Part shown: piece by piece, positions 10,801-21,368 of the stretch
How the letters are laid out: each line of letters begins with the position of its first letter
How positions within the stretch are numbered: the stretch's first letter is position 1
Assembly: GCA_000934665.2 (NCBI GenBank)
Contig: KZ539070.1
Coordinates: forward strand, 1 to 34,252
DNA from: Catajapyx aquilonaris
Taxonomy: Eukaryota
Direction: 5' to 3'
Length of the DNA: 34,252 nucleotides
The notes under the pieces: model-generated
Database searches by the model: none
Seen by the model: the letters and a program-made list of their open reading frames with translations, nothing else
Told to the model about the DNA's origin: nothing
Program-made: the position numbers and the translations under genes

Positions 10801-12565
10801 TGCACAGTATATCGACAGTCCAGGAACTTTTTGATCACACCTCGTATTATTCAACTACCTAGTCTCCTAGCGGTACTGCTTTGTTCTTACTAGTGTGGAG
10901 AGGAGGATGTGGGAGTTAGGATGGAGGTGTTTGAGGGAGTATGGCGCCTCTTCTGGACCATGGATTGGTTGGCAGGATTCAGGAGAAATTCCCATAGAGT
11001 CATCATATTTACTGCCAAACATTGGACCCCCCAGAACAGGAGTTGGTCTGACATGGAAGCAAAGCATGTAGAACAATGACAGATGATCTGGTTCTTGCAT
11101 CAACCAGTACAGATAAGAGCACATCCCCTAATATACTCTATTGACCAGCCCCTGTCACTCTTACCCCAGCCTTATGGTGACATCTGTGAGCTTAGTTGCT
11201 CTCCCCCACCCAGATTGGTGTTCTAATATGGCACTGCTCTCACTCCACGGTTCCCGGGGCGATTGAGTCTTTGCATTGCAACAGGATCTGGAGCAGTGTT
11301 GTCCGCCCGAACCACCTTGAGGATTGTGGAGCGACAGCAGCGCCAAATCGAAACCTCCACCTGTGTCGGGGAGTGTCGGGACCTGACACTGAGTATTATA
11401 AGACCGTGCCATTGAGATAATGTAAAATGCACCTGAATACGTAAAGGATGCCAGTTTGCTTCTTTCCAATGGAGGTGACCATCTGCCCAACATGGCATGC
11501 ATAGCAGGAAATGTTACACCCTGAAAGACAGACTCAATAACATCACAACAGTTTTGTCTATCACTACAAAGTTCTAACCTCGCCTAATCCTTCAAGCACA
11601 CGGACAGCAATGAGCAATGGAGTACCAATCCGAGCAGCCACTGGTGTTACAAGTGTCAAGACAGATGTGATAAGAACACCATATCCAAATAGCAGTTTTC
11701 CTCCATATCTGTTGGCCAAGTATCCACCTGGCAACTGGGTCAACACATATCCCCAGAAAAACGATCCAAGAATAATGCCTTGCACCTTCTCATCCCACAC
11801 AAATTCGCCTGTTTTGTCTGGAATAATTGCTGATGAATTTCCACCTTGCTCTTGACAAGCATCAGATATTGAAGAGTTGATGTGTGGAATGGCAGTGCTA
11901 TTCACCATGGCAACAATTGCCACAGAAAGATTTACTCTCATGGCATACACATTGGCAAAACCAAAGAACCCCATGAGACTGAGTACATGTCTGGCACCAA
12001 TGCATTCTGAAATGAAAAGAATACAGTCATTTCTGTGCTAGTCAGACTTCCCTCAAGTCCGATTTAAGGTGCTTTTACATGTGAGCGATTTGATCGCGCA
12101 ATGTCATCGCTGAGCGATAACAACACTGAGTAACCCGAGTAACCAGTATTGTTTGAGGTGAAACTCGATTGTCACTTTCACCTCAGCGACGACTTCGCTC
12201 ATCAAATCGCTCACATGTAAACGCCGCTTGATATTTCAAACCTGAAAGTTTGTTGAGGCTATACAAACATAAGGAGTACGTTGCTAAACTCAGCTGCTAC
12301 CGCAGCAAAACAAAAGAGTAACAATAAAATGACAACAACTGTTATTTTATTGTTACCCTTTGGTTTCGCTGTGGCAGTGGCTGAGTTTAGCAACGTACTC
12401 AAGACCTCTTATGTCAAACAATTTACACATGTTCTTATATTTATCTACAAAGCTTTTTCCCAACTAAAATTGAATGGAATATCTCTGAATTCCAGTACCT
12501 TTCCTTGCACGTTGTTGGGGAAGTAAAGGCTCATCCTCACTGATGACATCATTGATTCTCTCCAT
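1653..12565 (-). CDS. SLC17A5: Sialin-like SLC17 anion/sugar-acid:H+ transporter (MFS), 8 coding exons, 498 aa
   Basis: Exons: 12499-12565, 11579-12006, 11433-11520, 9466-9692, 6759-6911, 6290-6422, 5988-6229, 1653-1811. All introns are GT-AG with consistent phases, 1497 nt in total. Motifs match sialin: [78 protein letters not shown]. Strict orthology among the expanded arthropod SLC17 paralogues is not proven. Confidence 0.93.
2078..3081. mobile_element. Decayed non-autonomous DNA transposon (pogo-like) with GGGGCTACTTTGGTCCA repeats
   Basis: Motif at ~2087, ~2357, ~2690 (inverted), ~3026 (inverted) and ~3049. Left end TA-TCGTAAAATGGGG. Confidence 0.5.
2378..2668 (-). mobile_element. tRNA-derived SINE with (AAAAAC)n tail
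   Basis: A box TGGTCTAGTGG, B box GGTTCAAATCC, approximate TSD TTTG..CCATAAT. Confidence 0.85.
3144..3388. repeat. Inverted repeat (about 60-bp arms) with internal direct repeats, MITE-like
   Basis: GATCAGGGGGCATGCAGGCAAACTCGAGCGTTACAGAAAAGC and its exact reverse complement. Confidence 0.8.
3681..4144. repeat. Long foldback repeat (about 160-bp arms plus one partial direct copy)
   Basis: 3681-3840 is the inverse of about 3983-4144; about 3852-3965 is a direct copy. A piggyBac-like TTAA-CCCT end lies at ~3496, but no right end was found. Confidence 0.8.
4811..5254 (+). mobile_element. pogo/Tigger-type deletion derivative
   Basis: TA TSD. TIRs CC(A/G)TATTTAC(G/T)CGCATATAAGACGCAC. Internal TATAAGACGCAC repeats. 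Remnant [30 protein letters not shown] resembles the pogo-family N-terminal Brinker-type DNA-binding domain. Confidence 0.88.
5287..5555 (+). mobile_element. tRNA-derived SINE with V/Meta-like central domain
   Basis: A box TGGCATAGTGG, B box GAGTTCAATCCC, core GGGGCTTCTCGGGGTTCTCCCGTTTCCTCCC, approximate 15-bp TSD AA(T/C)TGCAATAG(C/T)A(A/G)G. Confidence 0.85.
5988..6229 (-). CDS. SLC17A5: SLC17 coding exon 7 (FIGPAVAL...VGALTQGK)
   Basis: Acceptor ttacag|, donor AAG|gtgagg. Contains [11 protein letters not shown]. Confidence 0.93.
6290..6422 (-). CDS. SLC17A5: SLC17 coding exon 6 ([11 protein letters not shown]...RRIFNSA)
   Basis: Acceptor ttacag|, donor CTT|gtgagt. Confidence 0.9.
6478..6552 (-). 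mobile_element. 5'-truncated SINE/LINE 3' tail
   Basis: GTAGGCCTATCACGGGGTT(AAAAAC)n, the same tail as other SINEs in this window. Confidence 0.65.
6759..6911 (-). CDS. SLC17A5: SLC17 coding exon 5 ([13 protein letters not shown]...RFDMKQ)
   Basis: Acceptor tttccag|, donor CAG|gtaagt, 51 codons. Confidence 0.95.
7062..7220 (+). mobile_element. Left end of a Tc1-like element (partner TIR not found)
   Basis: TA-CAGGGTGGGGCAAAAGTCA, a typical Tc1/Tc3 terminus. Confidence 0.4.
8121..8890 (+). mobile_element. Decayed mariner element (transposase C-terminal remnant)
   Basis: Frameshifted [11 protein letters not shown] and [23 protein letters not shown]...[14 protein letters not shown], matching the mariner HDNARPH and YSPDLAPxD motifs. 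Confidence 0.85.
8948..9291 (-). mobile_element. tRNA-derived SINE with A/C-rich tail
   Basis: Head GGAGGCATGGTGGGCCGAGTTG, B box GGTTCAAACCC, tail GGTCCTATCATGGGGTAATAC(A)nC. Confidence 0.8.
9466..9692 (-). CDS. SLC17A5: SLC17 coding exon 4 ([14 protein letters not shown]...SVDLE)
   Basis: Acceptor ttttcag|, donor GAG|gtgag. Confidence 0.95.
9937..10844 (-). mobile_element. Internally deleted mariner element, 908 bp
   Basis: About 30-bp TIRs CGAGGTGTGATC(G/A)AAAAGTTCC(C/T)GGACTGT, TA TSD. N-terminal [20 protein letters not shown]...[10 protein letters not shown] and C-terminal [32 protein letters not shown]. Confidence 0.93.
11433..11520 (-). CDS. SLC17A5: SLC17 coding exon 3 ([29 protein letters not shown])
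   Basis: 58-nt upstream intron, donor CAG|gtgcat. Confidence 0.95.
11579..12006 (-). CDS. SLC17A5: SLC17 coding exon 2 (CIGARHVL...EGLGE)
   Basis: Acceptor tttcag|, donor GAG|gttag. Overlaps ORF 11564-11974. Luminal loop has NST/NSS/NSS sequons. Confidence 0.95.
12068..12227. mobile_element. PIF/Harbinger-type MITE
   Basis: TAA-GGTGCTTTTACATGTGAGCGATTTGAT ... ATCAAATCGCTCACATGTAAA inverted ends. Confidence 0.75.
12274..12400. mobile_element. Hairpin MITE
   Basis: GAGTACGTTGCTAAACTCAGC terminal inverted repeat; the whole element is self-complementary. Confidence 0.8.
12499..12565 (-). CDS. SLC17A5: SLC17 coding exon 1 ([22 protein letters not shown])
   Basis: Acceptor ttacag|ATG, donor AAG|gtact, ends in phase 1. 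Carries a [DE]xxxLL motif like sialin DRTPLL. Confidence 0.85.
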
Positions 12566-12748
12566 CTGTAATAGCAAATTGTGAGAGTAAAGAATAGTAG
12601 GCAGAATAGTAAATAACTTGAGGCCAAGTTGGACGTATATTTTCTGAAAGGTTCAGGCTGAGATGTACAGCTGATAATAATCAATCTAGTGTAAAACCGG
12701 TAAAACCCTTGCAAGGCAATATGGGAGACTTGTAATGCACCACCTTAC

Positions 12749-12793
12749 CTGTCCTGTTGCACGAAAGTCATTGACATGTGAGGTCCAACGTCC
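12749..12793 (-). other. Candidate upstream 45-nt SLC17 exon (5'UTR, or coding GRWTSHVNDFRATGQ)
   Basis: Acceptor gattcag|, strong donor CAG|gtaagg. Open in the frame of the MERIND exon. Confidence 0.5.
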
Positions 12794-14435
12794 CTGAATC
12801 AGTGTGTGATATCAATTACACCCAAAATAGTGTCCTCCGCCCCCCAAAAATTATCTTTCGATTATGTTACATTGTTACATAAAAAAAACACGTGTAAAAT
12901 CTGTGTAAAATACAGATAAATGGAGACCACATAATTCAGGCGTGCCATCTAGTGTTACAAATTGTTGACATAAATATGAAAACTTGGACTTCCTCCTACT
13001 AGGTGGCTTGACCAGCACTTCATATAAAAAATATTTGACTACTATTATATATCACACTGAAATATTATATTATACATTTTATAGTAATTTAATATCCAAT
13101 ACTTTCGATATTACATTAATAGTAGCGCTGTACACAATGGTGGAAGGAAGTAACACTAGCTGCTACATAAATGCTCCCGCCTACGATTCAAATCGAGGTC
13201 TCTCTGTGTCCAGTACAAATGCTAAAATAATAAGCTTGGGGTTAGAAACTTCTACCATGGTTCCTGTCAGCTCTATATATTTATATGTAATATTCATTTT
13301 GCTATTGAAGATTAAATGTCATGTTTCAACACCTTTGAGCATGTATAGGTATTCTTTTAAACACATTAAAACAGTATTAGGGTGCATAATCAGGGCTAGA
13401 AGTGGAAAATACTGCCATACCACTGTACAGTATCTTAAGAACTGGGACCCGAGATGGTGCCTTATTGGGATGATTCAAAGAGAGAGAGGGGGGGGGGGGA
13501 ATGAGGGAGAGCTGATATTCACCCCTGGAGAGATAGACTGAGTCAGCAGCATGCAAGAAGGTACTGTACAGAAGGACCCCAACCTTACTATACCTAGTGT
13601 GTATTTCTAATGCACCCAGTGTCTTAATTTATAAACCTTTTCTTTCCCCCCTCATTGGCTCACCAACTTTGGCAGAGAAACCCTATACATAACATTGTAG
13701 AAAGTACCAATCTCACTGATGTTGTTTAGCAGTGAGAATTCTCACCTCAAACAGGCCCCTGTCCCATTGGAGTTTGCTTGTAGCAGCAACCAAAATGAAA
13801 CAGCATAGCTCCAGCAGCAGAAATTCTCACCGATAACAGCTCAATCTAGGCCAGTTGACCAAAGTGTCACCTTATATGCAGGCTGCATGGTAAGGAATTA
13901 ATATCATTCAATCCAATCCAATGATATTAATTCCACCAACAGCAGCAACACACCCAGCTGCACCATTTCAGGAATAGCCATAAATACTGGGTATGCCACT
14001 GTTATTGTTAGCAAAACTGAACCAAACAATAATATATTATTAATAATGGCAAACCCAGCGTTTAGACCAGGGGTGCCCGCACCCCCAGGGAGTGTGACGT
14101 GGCATCCCTGGGGGTGCAGAGAAAGGTACCTCTGGACTTACAGTAGTCTTACTATGGACTTCTGGACCAAAACATAAGGGGCGATGTTGGACATACCACA
14201 GCTCATAATTAAGTGGCATGCACAAAGGATTTAAAAAATAATAATTCTTTGAGTCTCATCGATGGCGAGTATGAAAATAGTAAAATATTGTCAATTAACA
14301 AAAGAATTAGGAAAAATACCAGGGTCATTTCATAAATAATGCGTAGTGGGCCACAGCTGCGGAGTCGATGAAACAACAACTTCAACGACTTTTAGTCAGT
14401 TGCAGTTTGGGTCTTGTGGAAATGGACAAATGGTA

Positions 14436-14646
14436 CACCCGCGAGCATAAAGATGGAGACGGCAGGCCCTCACCTTCGGCAGGCTGCTCTGCCAATCTCA
14501 GTAATTTCGGTATCAAATATACTGTCATAAATACACGAACACACGCCTGAAGCAGCTAACTCGGTCCAAAAAGAGTTCATTAATTTGAGTCGGATAAAGA
14601 AAGGTCAAAAAAGGGCCTGCCGTCTCCATCTTTATGCTCGCGGGTG
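14436..14646. mobile_element. Tc1/mariner-type MITE
   Basis: Perfect 35-bp TIR CACCCGCGAGCATAAAGATGGAGACGGCAGGCCCT, TA TSD. Confidence 0.9.
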
Positions 14647-14699
14647 TACATACCTTCATTACTACTGTAGTGCATGGGGTTGTGGATTGACGAGTGTTA

Positions 14700-15100
14700 G
14701 AAATGGCCAATGCAGATGCCTCGGGTGCTAGGGTGAAGACCAACAGATCATCAAAATTGAGACTTCACATGGGAAAAAATCGACAGACTTTCATAATGTT
14801 TTGTGTAACGTTTGTGGTGATCCTACTGTAGACCAGAGTACAGTTTTTCCACTGGGACACTCGCTTTGGTAAGGACACACATAAACACATGGACCTGAAG
14901 TCAGGGAGGCTGAAAACTGCAAATGATGAGCAAAGTGCAACACTTGTCGCAGATTCTTTCGAACACGACCATCCAGAAACATGTGAGAGAATTGCAGAAG
15001 CTTATTATAGGAATTTCAGCCAGTGGAGTCCCTCATGATTTGTCTTCTGCAGAGAAACATACTTGTGTGGACAACAGAACATTGCTGAAGATTCTGCATT
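14700..15100 (+). mobile_element. Decayed mariner transposase N-terminal remnant
   Basis: Frameshifted IKIETSHGKKSTDFHNVLCNVCGDPTVDQSTV, KSGRLKTANDEQSATLVAD and GVPHDL (mariner WVPHEL motif). Confidence 0.75.
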
Positions 15101-15253
15101 TTCCCCGAATGTTGTTACAGGTCTTGTTCGACATAGTCCCTCACACTATACGCAGCAAAGACTGGGAATCTCTGTTGGACTTTTACCATGTAAAGTCCCA
15201 GTCTTGATTTTCACACGTTGTATTACCTGAGATGACTGCATTGGCAATTTATA

Positions 15254-15824
15254 CTGTTCAATCCGGATATGACAGACTTCAAGAGACCGTGGAAAACAGT
15301 CTGCTATAACCAAGGTGTGTTTATATAGCCAAATCGCCAAATTTGTAACGAATACACAAGTTTTCTGCTTTCATAATTATGCTTATAAGGCCTACATACA
15401 TACTACATACTGATTAATGAAACTACCCACAAACAGGCAAAATTAGCCCACCCATAACATAAGCAGGACCCCAAAAAAGCCATCATTTTCTTCTGCCTCC
15501 GCATTCTTGCCAGATATACCAGAAAAACCATGATTTTGACCTTTTCAGCAAGTGTTAGATCAGTGCAGTGGTGGGAAAATCGCCACTGCTTCAGTATTCA
15601 GTGCTTCCCTTGCATGGGAAATGAAGCTGAGTAATCATAAACAGCATATTTCGCCAGAGGGGCCAAGAAATGGTCTGTAATAGCCGAGGTGGGGTGAAAA
15701 TGAGTCTGTTATATCAGGAGTAAAAATACACCAGGTCGTACAGAAGTTTGCCAGTACTGGCCTCTAGAGTCTGTTATAACCGAAAGTCTGTTACAGCCTA
15801 GGCTGTTGTATCCGGATTCAACTG
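15254..15824. mobile_element. Tigger-like MITE
   Basis: Imperfect TIRs C(T/A)GTT(C/G)AATCCGGATA, TA TSD, internal GTCTGTTATAACC-like repeats. Confidence 0.7.
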
Positions 15825-17060
15825 TAAACACATCAATTCACAACGCCATGCACTGAGATAGTCATAAAGGTATGTACAGCTTCCTCAAAACCTCAACTGC
15901 AACGGACTAAAAAATTGTTGAGATTGCTTCACCCACTCTCCAGATGTGGTCCACTGAGCAATATTTTATGAAATAATGCTCATACAGTAAATTGTCAGAT
16001 CAGCTTGGTAGGGGGTGTGAAATGGACCAACTGTCTTCAAAGGGGTGTGGAGGCCCAAAAAGGTTGAGACTTGGGAGCCCCTGGTTAGGCCATACCTGCA
16101 ATCCTGGTAAATGCCTTGCACGCAGTCAGGTGATTGGATATGCACTGGATAATATTGATATGTTAAGTTTTGACAAAATAATAATCTTTCTGAAAATAAG
16201 AAGCTGGCTGTGTAGCCAATCCCAATAATTTCACATATGATGCAGTCACAAGCATAATGATGGAGACTGAGTCAGGAGCCTCAAACTAGTTTACTGTAAA
16301 ACTGGAGCTATTTCTGCTCAAAAGCTATTGCACAGAATAGTTGATCATAACCGATGTTTGCCCTACCAAACGCAATAGCATTAGAACAGGGTCAGCCAAT
16401 TTTAAAATGAACTCGGAGCTTTGGAGTCCCCCATTATGCTTGTAGCTGTACATCAGTTCAATCATAAGAGCACATTTCATTAGTCCCAACACTCAAAATC
16501 ATGCATCTTGACCCTCTGTCCCAGGGCAACTAGCTAATGGAATATTCAGGGAACTACCATCACTGTTAAATGTCCAGACGTTATTCACCATTCATATGTA
16601 ATCTCAATATAACATCATAGTTTACTCCAAACCAACTTTTATTTGGTGGATGCAAGCCAAAAAAGTTCATTATTGCACAATTGTAAACAAATTGAAGCAC
16701 TGGTAATGGATTCTGACATGTTGGGTCAGAACCAATGCGATTGTTACAGTTTCACTCAATCACGCATCTTTTAGTCAGTGGCCTTTTCAAATTGAGATAA
16801 TTCGGTTAGCTAACAATGAGGTCAGAAAATGCTTAGATCAACACGAGAGGGGTATCAAAAAACTGGAAAAGGGAGACAGCTAGCTCACAATGGCAATGCA
16901 ACAGTGTAGTGCCATTTCTTTTGCAACACACCTGCAAGGCTCTTCTTTTCCCAGTCCATCTTGAAAGCTAATGTACATCATTCCCATCACATGTACAAGA
17001 GTAATCACATGAAACCAAGCAGCTATCAATGTTACAAACGATACACCAGAAGTAACGCAC

Positions 17061-17136
17061 CAATGTTTTCACTTCATTGACATCAAAACCAAGTAACAGG
17101 TTTTCCTTGGGTGGCTCAGGTCTTCTGTTTGCCATT
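17061..17136 (-). other. Candidate further-upstream SLC17 exon (MANRRPEPPKENLLLGFDVNEVKTL)
   Basis: Pyrimidine-rich acceptor ttccatttacctcag|aATGG, weak donor TTG|gtgcgt, ends in phase 0. Confidence 0.3.
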
Positions 17137-19403
17137 CTGAGGTAAATGGAATAGTATGCATGAAGGCATATATATACGTTAACATGATCAACTACAAGGG
17201 TCAGGTGATCCCTACTGTCATATCCTTGCAAACACACACACACACAGACAATAAAATTCTTGTAGTTATGTAGCTAGGGCCGTATTTAAGAAAATTGGTA
17301 ATGTAAAGCCCATTGAATATGTTGTCCCTACCCCATCCCCAATTCACATCTTGGGGTTGTACCGTTGAAACAAAACCAAGTTCATTGGGATGCCAACTAG
17401 AACGTGTAATGGGAATTAATTCAGGCAGTGAAGTAAAGTATCATGTGTGAAATACAGTTCTGCTTTTTAACAACACAGGATGAATTATTATCTGTATCTA
17501 CTTCCTTCCATTGGCTTATTGCATGGTGCAAGAAATCAGTTGCCTGGTCTGGCTGGCCCCTCACCTGTGGACTTGTAGCTTATATTCCTCGGTGGACACT
17601 TCTTCCAAACATTTTGCCCATGACTTCCGTGTTAAGACATTCAAAGGTCAGCCAATGGAAGTGAATTATTTTAGAACCCAGCAGACATAGGCATTAAGGC
17701 ATAATTGCATATAAATAACAATGACGGTCATTAGATGAACAGGGGAAAGGCGACAATAGAGGCCACAATGTTAAATATTCCTTTCCACTTTGTTGTTGTA
17801 ATGTGGTAATTGCACTTTGCCTCCATCCTCTCTGATGCACTCCATCACCATACTTCTCCCTCACGTCTATCCTTGTGTATGTGTGTATACAGTCCTAGCC
17901 TTCCGACAGGTTCTCCGTGCACTGGATGTAATACCACCATGTCACTGCCAGGAAAAATGTGATACTTCAAGAAATCTGAACAGTTCCAGTTCACTGTCAA
18001 TATTCATGAGTCCAAGGCATGCTGTCTGACCTTCCCATTTTTGAAATTGGATCTATAATTGAAGGACCTCATACATCACCACAAGCAGTGCCCACATCAC
18101 AGGAACTAAAATCACATGGCCCCACTGGTTACAACCAGGAACACCTACTGTCGTACCAACTTATGCAAGTCCCTCACAAGAATGATCTGCATTATTGAAG
18201 CTCACTTTTGGACAATGTCTGTCCTGACAGGAGTGAAGTTGGGAAGTCAAATAAATAAAAATAACAAAAGGTGCAAGGGAGGGTATGTTTTTTTTTTAAG
18301 AGAGTTGGGAGCCCCTTCCACCAGTAGTGGATAGTTGGTGCAGCAGTGCAACCAAAGGCATAATAGGTTCCCCCTAGAACAGCATCATCTAATGAAGTTG
18401 TGTTATCACTTTTAAAAGTGGAATTGAATAGTTTTATCAGGTCCTAAAGTCCTGCTCAGTATACGTATAGTGTGCGCTCCAAGTATGCAGGTCATTTTTA
18501 GTTATTGCAAATATCGCACAGGTATTTTTTTGTAGCCACACTCCCTCAATCTATTTGTGCTCACTCACCTACATGCAAAATACTGACATAGGGCCTGTTT
18601 CACCATGAGCGCTATATGATAAAACTGCAGTTCTTTTGGAACACCCCTACATATTTGTATTGATCTTCCAAAAGAACCGCGGGTTTTATATACCATTCTT
18701 GGTAAAATCGGCCCATAACCACACAAATAATGAGTTGCTGGAACCGATTTTCCTTTTGACCCCCCAATTGATACGAGTCCCTACACTGCCATTTTTCTCA
18801 ATCCCATTCAGCAGTGAAGGTGGTGGGGCTCAGATACCTAAACCAGTTGGGCAAAACAATCCGGTATCCAGCTAACTTTTTCCTCCCAGTGCAGGGTATA
18901 CTAATACTCCTTACTCCTAAATCCACCCTGGTTGAAAGGGTTTGGTTTGTTTCAATGGAGATCCCAAGCTGAACTCAATGTTTCGGAGTGAGAGGAACCA
19001 ATAAAAAAACCTAGTGCACTTTTCCTCACACAAATAGGTAAGTAACCCTCTTTTGGGCACATACAATTTATTTGGGCAGGACTTTAGGACTTCAGTGACT
19101 GTTAATACTCCTTGCATACTTTTAAAAAACTCCCTGTAGGTCTTTCATCATACCATCAAAATTTTAAAAATGACCAATTGAGCGGTTAAGGGTTCAAAAA
19201 TCAATCCTTCCCGTGACAAATCTCGACAGCAGTTCAGCTATCCACCATTTGCTTGGGGTCGCATGAGGTAGGGTAGGGGCGTTTTTTTTCTTCTGTTAAG
19301 CAGAACAGACATGAGCTCACTCAAAATGGTGCAGCTCACACAAGTGGCAAAGACACACAATGTGCAGATAGTCTAACTAAATCCAGAATCTAGTGATGAA
19401 CAA

Positions 19404-19409
19404 TTTATT
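19404..19409 (-). promoter_or_regulatory. Candidate ZFAND poly(A) signal (about 1.8-kb 3'UTR)
   Basis: AATAAA followed downstream by GU-rich ttgtgtgtcttt. An alternative AATAAA lies at 19871-19876. Confidence 0.45.
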
Positions 19410-21219
19410 GAACTCGTACAGTCTCACACAATTTAAATGATGCTCTCTCATATGATCAAGTAACTACAAACTTAAGTCGTCAATAAATGGATAAACTTTG
19501 AAAGCTCTGGTGTCGACACATGGGTAATGCTCAAGAAAATGGTCCTTACTTGTGCCCAGTGTCTGAATTAGCATTACCTTCGTGGCTATTCAAGTCGTAT
19601 AGTTTTGCAATAATTGGTCAACACCAATGCCCTTCCTGAATGCATACAAAGACTCTCTAATTGCTATTGAACATCATATAAAATTGACGGCTGCTCTGAA
19701 TAGCAGCCCATGACTTAAGGGAATTCAGGGGGTGCAGAGGGAACAAACAAAAGACATCAGAATTTTCAATTGATGAGAGTCCAATCTGTGAGGAGTAGCA
19801 TTCAGGCTTGTCACACGGCTGGTAAACAAAGCTGCATATTGACACTGTAGCTTGGGAGAGCAATGCAGTATTTATTAGGAAGAAATGTGACAATGTCACT
19901 TTCCTATATCCATCTGGACTTAGGACTTTGCATAATGTTTAGTAATTATCCCACATATAATAATGGTGGTTTAAAGTTAAAATAAAATAACTGACTTACT
20001 GCCACAGACTGACAGTTTTGCATTCAATTGGCCCACACCGCTATTTGTCTTGTGTAGTGGAAATAACTCCTATCACACTCTGACGGGCTTGAGGATGGAA
20101 AAGGTCAGGGCAGGTTGTTGACTCAATGGGAAGGGATGTGATGTTGCGGGTGCACGAGGGCTGGAGAAACTCCGTTACCTCATCTCCTGCTTATTATATC
20201 TATATACTATGACTTGCAAAACTCTCATATGAAATACTTTCAATTTAGAAGTAAGGACTAACACATTGAGCTGTGGCAGAGTAGTAGTTGACTTATTATG
20301 CTTATCCTCCGCCATTCCCCATACCCCAACCTGCTCATTTGTTGCTCGTCTTCCTTGGATTGCATCCCATGTATGTTCTTAATTTAGAGTGTGAAAAAGA
20401 AACTGCATAGAACTTAAAATTGCCCATCAACTTGCACGCTTTGTCTCCCAACATCTACAACAAAATCTTACATACCATTGAAAGCCCACATCTGTCTACA
20501 GTCTGATAGTACAAGACACCACACTGCTCTATAAAACTCAAAATTTTTTGGCCCTAAACTCTGTATCACCTACTCCGAGAGAACTCAAAAACAATGACTT
20601 TCTTTTGGCAAAGACCACTGTGCATAAACAATTGCATATCAAACAATAGCGGAAGAACAGGCTGCATTTAAACACTCGTCCAAGGTGAACAACCCAAATT
20701 GTCAAATGGAAACAATGTCAAAAACTCAAAACACTTGCAACTGCCCCCAATGCATATGACTAAATGTGAAGGGTGGCCCAGGCGCTGCTTGTGTCCAATT
20801 TTTCAAATGCAACCGCACTCTCAGTTCATTCAGGCGGAAAATGTTCTTGTCACGAGCGCCACACAATGCCACTGCTTGTTAGTCACAATGTCACGGTGGC
20901 CAATGCTGCAGCACCTGACGCTTGGGGCATCAGATACCGCAGCCTCTGGTGCCACCTTGAAGGACTTGAACATGCCACAAAAGAAAAGAAAAAACCATCC
21001 TTCGCACAGCAGCCGAGAAGTTGCACATACTTAAGCCTATGTACTGCACACATGTATAACCCTTGCACACGCTTCTTTCTGTAACATGAAAACGCATTCA
21101 GATGCACCCCGTTTAGTACGGGACCAAGAAAATAAGATGCGCCACCAAAGTTCCTACGATGTATAATAAAAATGGACAGATGTCACAGAATCCATCTTAT
21201 CACTAGGCACAGCCAAATT

Positions 21220-21368
21220 TCATATCTTCTGAATCTTTTCTCCCATCACCACTGGATTGTTCTTTCGGATCTCCTCCGCGCCCAGCTCGCGGTAGTTGAA
21301 GGTGCAGTCGTGCTTGTCACTATACCTGTGAACTGCACAGAAAAGCCTACCACACCGACACTCAAACC
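21220..21368 (-). CDS. ZFAND6: ZFAND terminal exon: second half of AN1 finger
   Basis: 82-nt upstream intron, acceptor tttgcag|, TGA at 21220-21222. Confidence 0.95.

Larger units (their letters stand above)
14068..16083. mobile_element. Putative hAT (Charlie-like) non-autonomous element with nested insertions
   Basis: Left end CAGGGGTGCCC, right end AAAAGGTTGAGACTTGGGAGCCCCTG. Imperfect 8-bp flanks GTTTAGAC / GTTAGGCC. Confidence 0.5.

Noticed and set aside
10865..11400. Possible LINE remnant or extra SLC17 exon
   Set aside because: Only a vague resemblance to a LINE C-terminus (RTKQYR). The SLC17 model is complete without it.
12984..13541. 185-aa plus-strand ORF
   Set aside because: AT-rich, non-ATG start, no recognisable motif, and antisense to the gene region. 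Probably a chance ORF.
16638..16643. Minus-strand AATAAA as the end of a third small gene
   Set aside because: No convincing coding sequence upstream, and the hexamer is common in AT-rich DNA.
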